NCBI GenBank assembly: GCA_051942245.1
Contig: JAVECL010000254.1
Coordinates: forward strand, 1-32,604
DNA: 32,604 bases
Direction of reading: 5' to 3'
From: Trypethelium eluteriae
Lineage: Eukaryota
Part shown: in pieces, positions 9,900 through 22,680 of the stretch
How the letters are laid out: each line of letters starts with the position of its first letter
Numbering within the stretch: the stretch's first letter is position 1
The notes under the pieces: model-generated
Database searches by the model: none
Seen by the model: the letters and a program-made list of their open reading frames with translations, nothing else
Told to the model about the DNA's origin: nothing
Program-made: the position numbers and the translations under genes

Positions 9900-12779
9900 T
9901 CAATCATGCCCTAAGTCACTCGTCACCTCAAAAGCCGTCCTCTCGGCTACCACATCAGATGAGGGAATCACAGAGAGCAGCTCCTTAGCGTAGGCTGCAG
10001 CTGCGGCGGCAGCATAGGGCTGCCAGTCCTTATTTTTGTGAGAGTCGGCGTAATCGCATATCCCTCTAATGACGATACACGGGAAATTATTCATCAAGCC
10101 TGCAGCTTCCATTTCGAAGCAGAGCACGCCCCCCAGCGCCTCACTGATCCGGTCCCGCACTCTGGCATTTTTGATGACTTCACTGCCGGAAGCAATAGCG
10201 CCGTAGTGGATCTCTGGAAGTTCTGAATCGCGACGCTGACGAAGGACGCTTTCTACTCTAGAGTCTGGATCAGCCTCAACCTGGTTATAAGTAGCAAGAT
10301 AGTCGGCGCCTCCTTTTTCCTTTGCGAAATACGAGTTGCGACAAATTTTGCTCAGATGAGTGCCAAGGTTATTGATTCCAGAGACATGATTCGAACGAAG
10401 CTTCGATACTGCTGTCAGTAGGGCGGTAGGTGGCGGCTGAAGGTATCCTGTCCTTTGAAAATCGTTATCTTTGAGGACCTTCCCCTGATCATATTGAATG
10501 ACACCACCATGTTGTGCCATCGGCTCGCTAACAACGACGTCGCCAAGTCGGATGTCATGGTCTTGGCTCGGGACGCCGCCACCTATCCCGACGAGCAGCC
10601 CAATTCTCACTGATCTGAAGCGAAATCTTAATGCAGTCGCAACCGCTGCGGCAGAATTCGTTCCATACTGACCATTTGGTAGGCACGCCAGTACCACATT
10701 ATGTCCTACCATTCTACCAAGAGTGTAAGTGTTGCTGTCATTGATGCTGTGGGAGACCTCATCATGCTCCTCGTCCAACGCTCCTCTCACTGCACTGAGC
10801 TCTGTAAACAGTGCACAGATCAGACCAACAGTATACTCTGCTGAGCTGAGGCGGCGACTCTGCGGTCGCCCCCGTTCCTCCCTTTTTGCAGGTCCTGTTG
10901 TATCGGCACCGCTGTCAAGACGATTGGTCTTTTCTCTAGTCAATCGTACCAAGCTCCTGGTAGCAGGACCCCTAACTTCATCTATCCAATCTTCGATTAT
11001 TGACGTGCGGTCCGTCGCCTCACTCCATCTCGGCTCTGGGATCGCAGCGTATTGGACGAATGGCACTGCTTGACCTTGACTGCTGTCCTCCTCCGAATAG
11101 GGATATTTCCCGGCTTCCGCACTGTTTTGCGCTCTTGTACCCAAGGACCTACTAACGGTAGATCTCGTCCGCCTTGACGGAGAGGGATGCTTTGGACGGT
11201 CGATCGGATCCTGGATTTGAGTGAAAAGCGGCAGCGTCTCTATAGGGTCCACTACTTCCTTGCCGCTTATTTTGCCTTTCAAGCTCACTATCCTAGGGTA
11301 TTCTTGCGTGAGTGCTGATCTCTCCTTCGAAACAGAGTTCAACTGTTGGCGAGCTGTTTTATCCTCGAGAGGCTGTCTTTCCCAGTCGGAACCCTGGGCA
11401 AGGTAAGGTATCTCCTTTGGGATGTTATTTTCATCGTTATGAGCAATTGTGGCCCGGTGAGACAGCAAGATGGGAGGCTCTCTTCCTAGACGACGCTTTT
11501 CATGATTGGATGGTCCACTTTCATTGCTAGAGTCCTCTATGAAAGTATGACCTTCCTGAGTAGCCCGTTTCTTCGAATAAGATCCTCCTTCTTGCGGAAT
11601 TTGAGGTATCCACTTCTTTGACGAGACCACGACGGATTGAGGCACCGATGGTTTTGATCGAGTTGGAGATTTCCGCCTTGGGCTTGGTGGTACTTGATTT
11701 AAGAGTGGAGATGTTCTTCCTTTTGAGTACTCTCTCGCTGAGCTAGCCGCAGTCTTGGAGTTGCCTTGTCTCTTTGGCGAGATTACCCTTCTTGTGCTAT
11801 CCGGCCCTCCTGAAGGAACATTCTTTCTTGAACTACCTGCCCTCTCTGGAGAATTTGTTCTTCTAGGATTGCTGGTCGGTTGGGATATACTCCCTCTTTC
11901 CGAAGCGACATACTCATCCTTCAGTGAATCTCTCGGGCCTGGTTTTCCTTTTATTTGTGCAGATCCTCTGTGGTACGGCGATGGCTCAGCTACCAACGTC
12001 GTCCTTCTGCTAGGTTGTTCCTCTCCTAGATCAGGCTCTCCCATAGAACGAACCTGCCTACGACCATTAAGAGGAGTTTGAGAGTTCTGCTGATGAGACT
12101 GATTTGGATGCGGAGGGTATATAGGAGGTAAGCCTCTTTCAACATAACGTCTTGATACCTCCTCAGCGAAATTTGGTTCCTGGAGAACTTCTGGAGTTTC
12201 GATGAACGAATTGAGGGCAACCCCTTCAGGGCCAAGGTCGAAACTGTTCCGAGACCGTCGGTCATTTAGCCCCACAACTTCATCTGCCGGCGTGTCCAAA
12301 GGCCGTCTGTGCCTTGAAGGATTACGGCGACGATAGCAGAACCAGACTGATAGAGTGAGAGAAGCACCGAAAAAGGAACCAAGCACAATGCTAATTATTT
12401 TACCTTTACCAAGACCATGATATGCCGGAGGATGCTGCTCAGGCAATGTATTGTTACCGGTAGGTATGGCAGGTACAGCAGAGCTGAAGGGAGCGGTTGA
12501 ACTTGGGGGATCTGACGTCGTAAAAATACTGGAGGGCTTGGAGATCGACGCCGAAGAAATATTGGTAGTTGCAAGAGGGATCGTCTCGGAGAAGGCTGTC
12601 TGAGTGCTTGAACGAATAGTCGCAGTAATGGTAAGAATTGTATCATTCGGTGATGCTGTAGCAAGTTCTGAGCATTGGCCCAAGAAAGCACAATACTGCC
12701 AGCTTGTACAGCATATCTCGCCACATGGACATTCATTAAGGGATATGTCACACTGGACCATCATGTAGATTGTGCTCAC
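9900..12779 (-). CDS. Single-pass membrane protein: Cys-rich + Ser/Thr-rich ectodomain, TM helix, long disordered linker, C-terminal purine nucleoside phosphorylase-like (PNP_UDP_1) domain; 5' end uncertain
   Basis: Uninterrupted 959-codon ORF: CPCGEICCTSWQYCAFLGQC, S/T-rich stalk, IISIVLGSFFGASLTLSVWFCYRRR. The C-terminus has YTVGLICALFTEL, YTLGRMVGHNVVLACLP..YGTNSAA, LLVGIGGGVP..DIRLGDVVVS and CFEMEAAGLMNNFPCIVIRGICDYADSHKNKDWQPYAA. Confidence 0.8.
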   Translation of the reverse strand: MSTIYMMVQCDISLNECPCGEICCTSWQYCAFLGQCSELATASPNDTILTITATIRSSTQTAFSETIPLATTNISSASISKPSSIFTTSDPPSSTAPFSSAVPAIPTGNNTLPEQHPPAYHGLGKGKIISIVLGSFFGASLTLSVWFCYRRRNPSRHRRPLDTPADEVVGLNDRRSRNSFDLGPEGVALNSFIETPEVLQEPNFAEEVSRRYVERGLPPIYPPHPNQSHQQNSQTPLNGRRQVRSMGEPDLGEEQPSRRTTLVAEPSPYHRGSAQIKGKPGPRDSLKDEYVASERGSISQPTSNPRRTNSPERAGSSRKNVPSGGPDSTRRVISPKRQGNSKTAASSAREYSKGRTSPLLNQVPPSPRRKSPTRSKPSVPQSVVVSSKKWIPQIPQEGGSYSKKRATQEGHTFIEDSSNESGPSNHEKRRLGREPPILLSHRATIAHNDENNIPKEIPYLAQGSDWERQPLEDKTARQQLNSVSKERSALTQEYPRIVSLKGKISGKEVVDPIETLPLFTQIQDPIDRPKHPSPSRRTRSTVSRSLGTRAQNSAEAGKYPYSEEDSSQGQAVPFVQYAAIPEPRWSEATDRTSIIEDWIDEVRGPATRSLVRLTREKTNRLDSGADTTGPAKREERGRPQSRRLSSAEYTVGLICALFTELSAVRGALDEEHDEVSHSINDSNTYTLGRMVGHNVVLACLPNGQYGTNSAAAVATALRFRFRSVRIGLLVGIGGGVPSQDHDIRLGDVVVSEPMAQHGGVIQYDQGKVLKDNDFQRTGYLQPPPTALLTAVSKLRSNHVSGINNLGTHLSKICRNSYFAKEKGGADYLATYNQVEADPDSRVESVLRQRRDSELPEIHYGAIASGSEVIKNARVRDRISEALGGVLCFEMEAAGLMNNFPCIVIRGICDYADSHKNKDWQPYAAAAAAAYAKELLSVIPSSDVVAERTAFEVTSDLGHD

Positions 12780-14524
12780 AGAACGCTTATGTCATGGAAA
12801 CGCGTATGCGGAACCTCCAAATTCATTTGCTTTCAGGCCGGCCTTATAGAGCATTACGACGGTATTGGAATAAAGATAGCTGGTAAAACATCATTCTGAA
12901 ATCCCTATTTGAGCCGTTAGCTCTTTGGAAAGTAAATGGGTTAGGACCCAGACTAACGCAATGGCAGGTGTCAAAGAGTGGTTGGCCTGATCCCTTAGCA
13001 CAGTACCGCCAACCTTAAAAGGTATTTGCGTAGCAGCAATCACCTTCCAGAACGAGTTTTGAAGAAAGCGATAGACTTGAGAAAGACTGCAGAGGGATGC
13101 GACCGCGTCAAATATGATGGACACGACGCGGTTGAGTGGATTCCAGTGCAGAGGAAACAAGGAGGCACGACAGCGCGAAGAACGTAAGCGCGAACATCCG
13201 GCAAAAGCCAGGCACCAAGTCTCATGTCCGCCAATCAATACCGTGGCGCGTCGCGTGCGTGGGTGACCTGGTTGGTGGGTAACAATCACGGGCGTCAAAA
13301 GTCTCAGCCTTGCCAAAGCAGCAGGCCAGGACCACAGCTATTTGGTACTGAGAAATCTGGCCAGCCAGTGAAAACCGCCGTTGATCCGGATCTCAGCTGC
13401 GCAGGCCAAAATGACAGGGGCCTTTTTTTAATATAATATCGGTCCGAGGCGAAGTTCCAGTTCGAGAAGATCTCCCTACGATAGCTTTGGCCAGAGAATT
13501 TGCAATCCTTTTTCTTCCAACGTGGAGCCCGATAAGGTCTCGTCATTACTGCTCCAGATAGTTCTTTTGTTTTGCACTTCTTTATTGTTCGTTTCGGGCC
13601 AGCTTCTTCTAACGCGTCAACTTCTCGAAGCATGCAACGGCTTGGTAAACATATACTCGGCGGAGATGACACATGGAACAGAAAATATTGGAATTAAGAA
13701 TGACATACTTTAGAGATTCATAGGGAGGATATTAAAGCGTGAGCGGAGAAGAGGCAGAGATGAGGGCTCGAAAGCTTGACGTGTTTGGAAAAGGACATGG
13801 TGAAGAGTTTGCATGCAATGCTCTTCTTAATCAGGGTGACGAATTCGAAGGTGAAGATAACAGTGAAAGTGCCAACGAGGGCGACAGAAGCGAAGATAAT
13901 CAAGATTCAGATCGAGATATCGAGATAGAGGATGCTGAAACGGGTGATGATCTGTGGGATGATCCTTTGAATGAGGTGAGCAATGCTGAAATACCTGGTG
14001 TTGAGGCCTTGCCGAACTAATTCGATGGCGAAGTGCATGGCGATCTCAAGATAGACGCTATCAACTGAGGTAGAGTAATTTGGCGTCCCTAATACCCTAA
14101 ATATAATTGCGCGTATCATCCATCTTGAATCAATCCCATTCATATGTGGAGGAGGTGGGGACTGTCTGAATCGATTCTGGAGGATCCGAACTAATCAGTC
14201 TATCAGTATGACTAAGTGCTAGCTGCACAGCCCAGCGACTGATCACAATGTCGATACTGCGCATCTAAAGCGTGTCGGCGCTCGAGCCTGAGAGGAGCGC
14301 AAACGTATAGGGGAAGACAGGCCCCGGTCGGAGTTCGTGGTGGTCAGAAGGGGACGGGTTGATTGCGTCATCCCTGCCGGCCGCTTTTTAACTTACCTTA
14401 CGCTAATAGAGTAGATGCATGGTAGTCGGCCCCCACGGCGCCGTGCCCCCACATAAGCCTCCTGCGGTACGATACGGCGTACTAGTGGTTCAAAAGCTAG
14501 CGACTTCCAAACAAAAGCTCATCG

Positions 14525-14630
14525 TTGAAAAAATGATAGCCTCCATGTTCGGACGGCCTATTGCTTCGAACAGCCTTTGAAAGAGGATAGCCTCTGGCTC
14601 CGGACAGCCAGTTATTTCGGATAGCCCTCT
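14525..14630. repeat. Degenerate direct repeat (~50-bp unit x2, built of ~17-bp GA(T/C)AGCC-like subunits)
   Basis: TTGAAAAAATGATAGCCTCCATGTTCGGACGGCCTATTGCTTCGAACAGCC is followed by TTGAAAGAGGATAGCCTCTGGCTCCGGACAGCCAGTTATTTCGGATAGCC. Confidence 0.5.
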
Positions 14631-15307
14631 TGTCGTTTAGTTCTAGACCCAATTCCGAGCGTGCCAGCAAATCCCTTGATGCAATATTCCTCTTCTAAAT
14701 GGTCAGCTCTTTATCAGCTACACTTCATTATTCCCCTTTTCTAAATCATTGTGAATATCGTGGCCCGAACATGGGACACGAGAATCCCTACGGTTTGTCC
14801 GGGCACAAGTTCGGGACCTTCACGGTGGCTCAGGGATTCAATAAGGCACGATCACGCCGGCTCAGGCTAGCTCGGGGCGAGATCGATCGCGTTCAGCCGC
14901 GGCTCAAGCTGCTTCCTTGCGTAACTCACGCCTGGAAACAGAAGTGAACTTTATATTAGGTCGTCCTGTCTTCATATACAGTACTAGCGCATGGGTCTAG
15001 TTTGTACCCACTCTGCTGCCAATATTTTGCCGAGGAATAGGCGAAAACAAGGATCGCGCATTGTTAATACCATCATATTTTTTACTACGATAGCTGATTT
15101 ATGATTTCTCTTGTCAATGTCATTCTACTAGCTCTCGATCGAAATTATACAAAAGTTTGAATATAGTCAGCACCGCAGAAGTTGAAATATATGGGTTTGA
15201 AGTAGTCAAGTTTTGGTGAAAAGCAGGGGTGGGGTAAATGCTAATGCGCTAAAATTGTACTTACCGCCCAATCTCGATAAATTATCTAAACCGCCATTTT
15301 TAGGGAC

Positions 15308-18093
15308 ATGGCGCGAAAGAAGAAGACTCAGCAGTCCGAAGCTGCTAACGACTCTCCCCAATCGGCTTCGAGTCCATCCGCCAGTTCCAACTCCAAGTCA
15401 AAGTTTGGAGAGCAGCAACCGTCGACATCTGCTCTCATTATTTGCAGGAACAAGTACCTCCCGCCTTGTTCAAGTCCTCCATTGACCCTAACCTCGACCG
15501 AAACAGACATTGGCGCTATATCTCATCCTTTCATGGGCCATGGCTGCAACTGCCTCCAGAAGTTCTCGAAACACTTGCTCACAGCAACTATTTCGCCCCT
15601 CGACCTTGTCCAGTTGACCCCGCCGTCTTCTACGATATTGTCAAAATACGGAAGGCAGTCGACGAAGCGACCAATCTCGCCGTCCGCGCAACGAATGGCG
15701 TAGCTTCATCTGCTCTCAATAACTCTCTCAATGCGGGCAATGGCATGCTCGGCGGAGGGAGCGCGGCGGCGCTGGGGTTGGGCTTTGGGGGAGGAAACGC
15801 CAAATTGAGTAGAGAAAGAAAACACCGCATGCGGGAATTAGCGACGCAAAAGTTATCACAAGCATACCACCTGGACGAAATAGCTGCGAGTGTAGCGACC
15901 ATGCAGTCAGCTTCGTCGCTGGAGGATGTTGCAAGTCATGTTTTGCAACGGAATGCTGATGACCCAGATGGCAAATATGTTCATTTCTTCCACGAGAAAA
16001 TACCTTCGCGGATGATGGCAGAATCTACACCATTAGATCCCCTCAACGAGGTCATTGCAGCGAAGCCTGCAGATGGAGAACCTTTTCGGACAAGGGCTTT
16101 GACACGGCTATTCAAAGAAGACTACATCGGTGCGGCAAGGGATTTGTCAGATGCACTTACGGCAGCAAGGTACAAAATAGCTCAGCATCGCGCCGGAAAA
16201 GATCAGCTTGTGCTTGCTAGTGCAGCAAGAGCAGAAAGAGAGAAAACAAACCGGCATGGCAGTCCATGGAGACAAGACCAAAAGGTACAAGAAGAGGACC
16301 AGCCATCTAGCTTGGAAACCCAACTTTTGTTCCATCGCGCAGGAGTTTATCTCACTTTGGCGTGCCAACATATTCATGAAGCTCTTGACGCAATGCATGA
16401 AGCAAACGAGGCCGCTCTCCAAAATACTCGTGTAGAAAATGGCACATCTAATGGAGATCCTCCTTCGCGGAGTCCTGCGGAGAGGAATGCTCGCATTAGA
16501 CATCTTGACGCCCGGAAAGCTGTAAAGAGCAATGCCAAAAGAGCCCTTCGAGATTATATGGGCTTCCTAGGGAATTTCGATTACACCCCTGGACTTCCCT
16601 ACGAAATTACCCAAGAATTCCTCCAGCGTGTGAATGATGTCGCCAGTGGTTCTAATGGCTTCAAAGCCTCCAGATCTCAGAGTCGTCGCCTCCTCGACAA
16701 GCCCTCAGAAAACGCTTTCAGTAGTCAGGACACCTCCAGTGCTCTCATTCAGCGCAAGAAATCCCCAATCCGAGAGTCCGACCATTTCACTACCAATGGC
16801 AACGGCTGGCCATTGCTCCCGCCGAACGAAATCTATCAAGTTTCCGAACTTTTCGCCTCCACACCACCTTCTAACCTCCCTCCCTTTCCCACGCCTCCCT
16901 CACACCCGACCTCCCTCTCCCTGGCGAACTCTATGCCCAATCTCTCCGAAGCCGCCACAAACGCCCTCCAAGACTCCCACGAAGCAATCACCTACCATCC
17001 CCTCCTCACCGATGCTCTGCACTCCCTCCTCCTCTGCCACGCCCTCCTGCAAACCTCTCCGAAGGAGCTCCTCCGCCACGCTCATAACGCCGCCCGCCTC
17101 GCCCGCGTCTGCGACGGCTACCCCGTCTTCCTCGCCGCCCGCTCCCCCGCCCGCGCCGACTGGATCGAGGTGCTCCGCCGCGCAGGCGACTGGATCGGGC
17201 TCGGCCGCTCCTGGGAATCCCTCTGCAAGCCCGCCCCGCTACCCGGCCACGCCGCGCATACCTCGCACAACAGCAGTCCCACGACCACCACCTCCTCTCC
17301 TACCTCCTCTACCAATGGTAGCAATAGCAGCGGCGCTACAACCACCACCAGCAGCAGCAACGCGCTCGCCAAATCCCGCTTCCCGGACGCGCGTCCCCAG
17401 CCTCATTCGACGACGCCGCCCCCGGAGACAGCGCAGCAGAAGCGCGAACGACGCAAGCACGAAGCTATCCTCGAGGCGCTGGCAGATGAGCGCGTCGTCG
17501 ACGAGGCGAGCTTCGCGCAGGCGGTTCGCGCCCGGGAACGGCGCGCTATCGAGGACGAGGCGCGCGGTGGCGAGTCGCCGTATGTGTCGCTGTTGGCGCC
17601 TCGGCCGGGGACGGCGCCTGCGAGAGCAGCGGCGGATGCTGCTGCTGCTACTGCTGCCAGTAGGGGCTTGACTGCTGAGGAGGAGGACGAGTCAGAGATG
17701 GTAGCGGGAAAGGCGGATGGTGGTGCGGTGGCGTTGGGTGGTGTGGATGAGAAGGCGAGTGGTGAAGTACAGGGGGATGGAACAGCAACGATGAGCGGAG
17801 GGGTGACGCCGCCTCCGCCAAAGCGCTGGGCTCAGGAGGATGGGAAGGAGTATCCGATTTCGACGGAGCGGGCGGAGGCGGTTGCGAGGTGGGTGAGGGA
17901 GGCGCCGTTGACGATTGAGGGAATGGGGAAGGGCAAGAAGGCTGGGAAGAAGGGGAAGGCGAAACGGAATAATGGGACTGCTGGAGATGTTGCTGGGGGT
18001 GTCGAAACAGGATTGGAGAATGGTGTTGCGGGACTAGGATTGGAAGTGGAGGGGAATTCGGAGAACGGCCATGTGGAAGAGGAGGTTGATTGA
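15308..18093 (+). CDS. Conserved fungal hypothetical protein (helical, TPR-like segments; low-complexity C-terminal half)
   Basis: ATG 15308; intron 15454-15506 joins STSALIICRNK to HWRYISSFHGPWLQLPPE, followed by a long ORF with LDEIAASVATMQSASSLE, YVHFFHEKIPSR and DGYPVFLAARSPARADWIEV. I recognise these blocks as conserved in ascomycetes; function unknown. Confidence 0.8.
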
Positions 18094-19180
18094 TTCATGG
18101 CCATGGGATCAGATCATCGATTCAAGAGTGCTTGGAAGGTTGAGTCTGCTGTAGTATAGTAGCGCTCTGTGGGACATAGCTAATACGACTAGCGAGAGCA
18201 CTTGCTACAACATGTCATGAATCCAAAAGATGTGTATTGCGCGGTCCACCACTCTGCAGTCTTAATACCCGAGACCGGCTTCGGCCGATTCCTCGGACCC
18301 CCCTGATTACTCCACACGTGCGTTTGGTACATGGAGAAACTGAGATCGATTATCAAGTTGATCAAGAGGCAATCCAATCTAATACAAAGTACATCGCAGC
18401 GTTGTGATGTATTTTCTCAAGAGCTCTCGGTTCAAAGTCAACCCCTGTAGCGTTTACGGAGTAGAGTAGTCTGTTGAGGTTGAACCATTGTGGGATGAAG
18501 CCAATGATACGATACAGATTCGACGAGGATCACGTCGGGGTGGTGCAAGCTTACTCTAGAGTAGAGTAGCTTGAGCAACTTCGTCTCAGCTCCCACAAAC
18601 TCCCGTAAATGAACGAGATTGGGTACGGGAGGTTCCCAATTTTGGCCAAGCACCAGAAACCACCACAGGCCGATAATGTATGTAATTAAATGCCCGCGGA
18701 ACTCCGGAGGTGCGGACTTATGTTCAGGATCTATGTTTGTGATGGTCGTACGCCAGATTGTATCGATCGGCGTCTTGCCAGTAGGGTGGTAGAAGCAATC
18801 TCTTCGAATAGTAAAGTATTCACCGCAGAAGATTCAGTGAAACCAGATTTGCGCGCTGTCCATGCAAGCACAGACGCCAAATCGAAGCTATCCAAGCATT
18901 TCTATGGTGAGCCCTTTCCGCTGCGTTATCCGATGATGCTGCATATCAGTTTCTCAGTTCACTGAAGTCTAGGCCAGATTAATCATTTCTTCTAGACCTA
19001 ACACGCTGATAGGCTGACGGATCATCCAACTGGTCTCTTCTTCTCCGAGGATTCGTCTCACAAAAGCACAGCACTACCTTATGTCGAAAACATTCCCTAC
19101 TTCCCTCCAACCAGACTGGCTGAACCAGCCTTGTTCTTAGGTCTAGAGTCTGAGACGCTACTTGCGTCTTGCGTCAATAC

Positions 19181-22100
19181 TCATGCGGCTTCGCGGCGTT
19201 CTGAAAGAGAATACTTGCAGCTCTCCACGTGCTCGATCCCAGCTTCCAAGAACAAGTCATTAAGCAGACGGCACTGCCTTTCGAATAAACCAAAATCAAT
19301 ATGGAGAGAACTCAGTGCAAAATCTTCAAATTTAGGGGCTAATACACAAAGCCCTAATGTGTTAAGCTGGCATACTCGTGCGCTGTTCCATAAGAGGATT
19401 CTGACGCATTCCCGTTCATCCCATGCAATGGCATAGAAAAGAGCAAGGTATCCTTCGGAATCAGGCAAAGATACATCTGCGCCAACTGAAAGCAGGGCCG
19501 AAAGAAGATTTTCAGGGCATTGCTCGGAGAGAGCAAGGTGAAGTCCTGGAGCAAAGCCACCTTGAGAAGGGAAATTGCTAATCATTTGGTTAGGATCTGC
19601 ACCATAATGTACCAGAGTTTTCAGGAGCTGTATTCTGCGTTCCGCATCGTTTGATACAAAACCATGAGAGTCCATAACGTCGCCTCCAGCAAATTCTTCA
19701 GCATTGATGAGGGTAGCAAATGGAGTTTCCCCATCTGTGAAGACGCTATCAGCGTCCATGCCAGCCTCCAGCATGCTCTTTAGGATCGCTTGAGTAGCAT
19801 TGAAGTCATCAATTCCATAGCAAGCCGTATCGTAGATAGTTGCTCGCAAGGAGATACCAGCGTATCGCCTCGGCATGTGCGCAAGTGATCCAAGACATTC
19901 TGCCACAGACAGGGGGAGACAAGCGCAAGCAGATATGACTAAAAGGCTAAGGTTATTGTTGCCAATGCTGATAAGGGTTTCAAGCAGATTTTGACAAAAA
20001 TTTTCTGCCTGCATCAGTCTGCTGATCAGGCTTTGAAGGGGTTCCCTTTTGCCTCGGAGTTCCCTTATTATATAAGATATGCTGGATCTACGCGCAATCA
20101 TCTCCGCCTCGTGAGCATGGAAGAACAAGCCTCGAAAATGAGCACTAGTGTTTATAGTAGAAACAGAATATTGCAGGATATATGTGTGCCCATTTTCAAC
20201 AGGCACGTCATCGAGGTTTGCCAAAAGGATATCGAAGCCTTGTTCAGTCATGAAAAAATCCTTCGCGGTCTGATGAATAAATTGGACCTTATTGAGATGC
20301 TCAATATTGGAGCAGATTGGGCGAGAACCTCCAGTCTGATCACAAAAGTCAATGTGTGAGTGTGACTCAGGAACGACTTCTAAGAGGCCAAAGCAGCGAC
20401 CATGAAGCCGACGAAGCTTTTGCTTGAATACTAAATCGCTGTCTTGCGGAGCGGCGGAGCTGCAGTAGTTTGCAATACTCAGGAAATAATCCAGGTCGAA
20501 AGGCGTGTCGGTGCAGAGGGCAATTTGGAACATGATGAAAGCATCTCGTTTGTATTTCCTCCCAACCACTATACCAGATCGATCGGATCTTCGAATTGTC
20601 CTTTCATAGAGTCCTTCAAGTTCTGGTGGCATGATTGACAACATATCTAGTAACTCGCTGATGTTGTCTCCATTGTACCACCCTTCAAGAAGCTCGTCGA
20701 TCACTAGCCTAACCCAAACAAAAACCCCACGCGCTTTTTCGGAAATCTCTTCAAGGAGATCATGAAATCGAATTATGGCGTCGTCTGCAATCTCCTCCAA
20801 TCGTTTCTTAGTATATTTCAAGATATCTTGCTTGGTCCATTCATGGATTGCGAATCCAGGACATGCCTGGAATGCGTGCTGGAAGACATTCTCAGGTCTA
20901 CTGGATAGACACAGTCGTAAGCGAAATTGTCGATGGTCGCAGAGTTCTTGGAATTTGTTGACAGCGGCCAGAAGTGTTCGATGATTTCCTTCGTGCTCGT
21001 CAAGTGCATCAATGAAGAGGCACAGATTGAGCTGTTCAAGAGACGTGACTGAAAACAGAGCTTTTTCAATATCTTCCTGCTTCCAAGTAATGATTACGGA
21101 AGGTTCCTGTCCTGAGCCGGATATTCTCACAACACTTGGATGCAATTTGAGAAGAGGTCGTATGAGATGGGGCCTCCTCCGTACAATCTCGAACAACACT
21201 CCGCGCAGCATACTGGACAGCGACTTTTGCGCCATTGAGCCCCTGTCGTGGAAGAAAAATCCTGCGATGATCCAGTCATGTCGGTGATACCGGGTTAGGA
21301 AATGACGTGTCTTGTTGTTTTGCATCGCATATTTCATTGCTGTTGATTTTCCGGAGCCGGGTTTACCATGGATCCAATAAACTGAGCTTTCCAAATTCCC
21401 CGAAAGCCAGTCTTCAAATCCGACAGTGTTTTGAAACAGCCACGAGTAAGTGTTCTCAAAAGGAGCCTCTATATTGTCAACTCTTGCTCTGGCATCGGTT
21501 TCGTTAAGGTCTTTTAGACAAACTACAAAGACGTTAGATTCTTTTCCAGTGATACGTTACAGTGGTGATTTCACTTTCTTGTAATACTTCCTCATTTATT
21601 GAATTGAGCTTATCTATGTGGTTACTCAATCCCCGTTTGGACTTCACGGTCTTGTGTATGTCTTCATTGACTAGATGATTTCTATTGTTAGAGGTTTCGA
21701 ATTGCTCATCAGATTGAATTGACGTAGGAAAATTCCGCCCCAATGAAGAATTACGCGCAATACCAAATTGTAAAGAATCAAGTAGATCATCGTATACAAT
21801 GTGCGATTCGGTCTTTGCATGCTTTGGAGGGGTCCCCATGCGATCCGCTACCAAGAGAGTTCTATCAGCGGTGGTCTGCAAAGGTATTCAAGATGCGGTG
21901 TTCGCCAGGGATATCAAAGAACAGAATCAGCCACTTACTACTAGTAGCCCTGGTGACCTTGTTGTGGAGCCTGGATAAAGCACCTTCTCTTCCCTCACCG
22001 TAAAGCGGACCCATAGAAACCCCAAGTATACCAATCAAGCAGTACGCCTCGTCTTCTTCTAGTTTGGTTGCGCGTCTTGAAGCCCAGCCTATACGGTCTT

Positions 22101-22680
22101 TGATATCAAATCTTGACAAAGGAACACCTTGGAGTGCTTGAACGTCAATCCTCGTTATCTCCTGAATCTGTAGCTTCAGTGACTCTCTGTCTCCAAGACG
22201 TTTCCCCTCGCAGGAATAAAAATCCACGAGCTTTGGAGCGAGAAGCTCTTGAAGCGTCCAACCGCGAGTGAACCATCTGCTTGCTCGGAAAGCTGCCTCC
22301 CATTTCTCTTGAGGCTGCTGCACGCCGTTTTGAACGACTGAAACGTCTGACAGGTACACATAGCACTTAGCTGCTCGACCGTACCATCGAAACATGGAAA
22401 TAATTGCTTCTGAAAGCTCCGGAGAGCTTGATCTATTAATGCAACAACTGTCTATCCAGAAGTGGTCCAAACCGTCCTGCGCGGCCTGATCTCCACAGAA
22501 CTTTATCTTGCTATAACCAGTCTTATCCAAAATTAAACCTCTGTTAATATCTTCAAAAGTGACCTCTTCGCTTTCTCGTCCCCATGTGTGCGAAAGGATA
22601 CCATATCGAGGTAGTTCGTGATCGAGTAACTTTTCGGTAAGGCGATAATCGTTGATATCTTTGCGTATCAAAAGGCGCAT
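19181..22680 (-). CDS. NLR-like protein: HET domain - NACHT NTPase - ankyrin-like repeats (spliced; internal junctions uncertain)
   Basis: HET part (22680-~21940): YGILSHTWG..EVTFED, GYSKIKFC, FWIDSCCINRSSSPELSEAIISMFRWY, RWFTRGWTLQELLAP. NACHT part: WIHGKPGSGKSTAMK (Walker A), FFFHDRG, LFIDALDE (Walker B), LCLSSRPE, KARGVFVWVRLV, FIHQTAKDF. The C-terminus has ankyrin-like GADPN/GADVS..G..ALFYA. Confidence 0.8.

Noticed and set aside
13739..14020. Small acidic ORF
   Set aside because: Non-ATG start, low complexity and no recognisable domain; may be a gene relic but cannot be supported.
16634..17671. 345-aa alternative-frame ORF overlapping the conserved gene
   Set aside because: A shadow ORF caused by high GC3 and low-complexity sequence; no motif.
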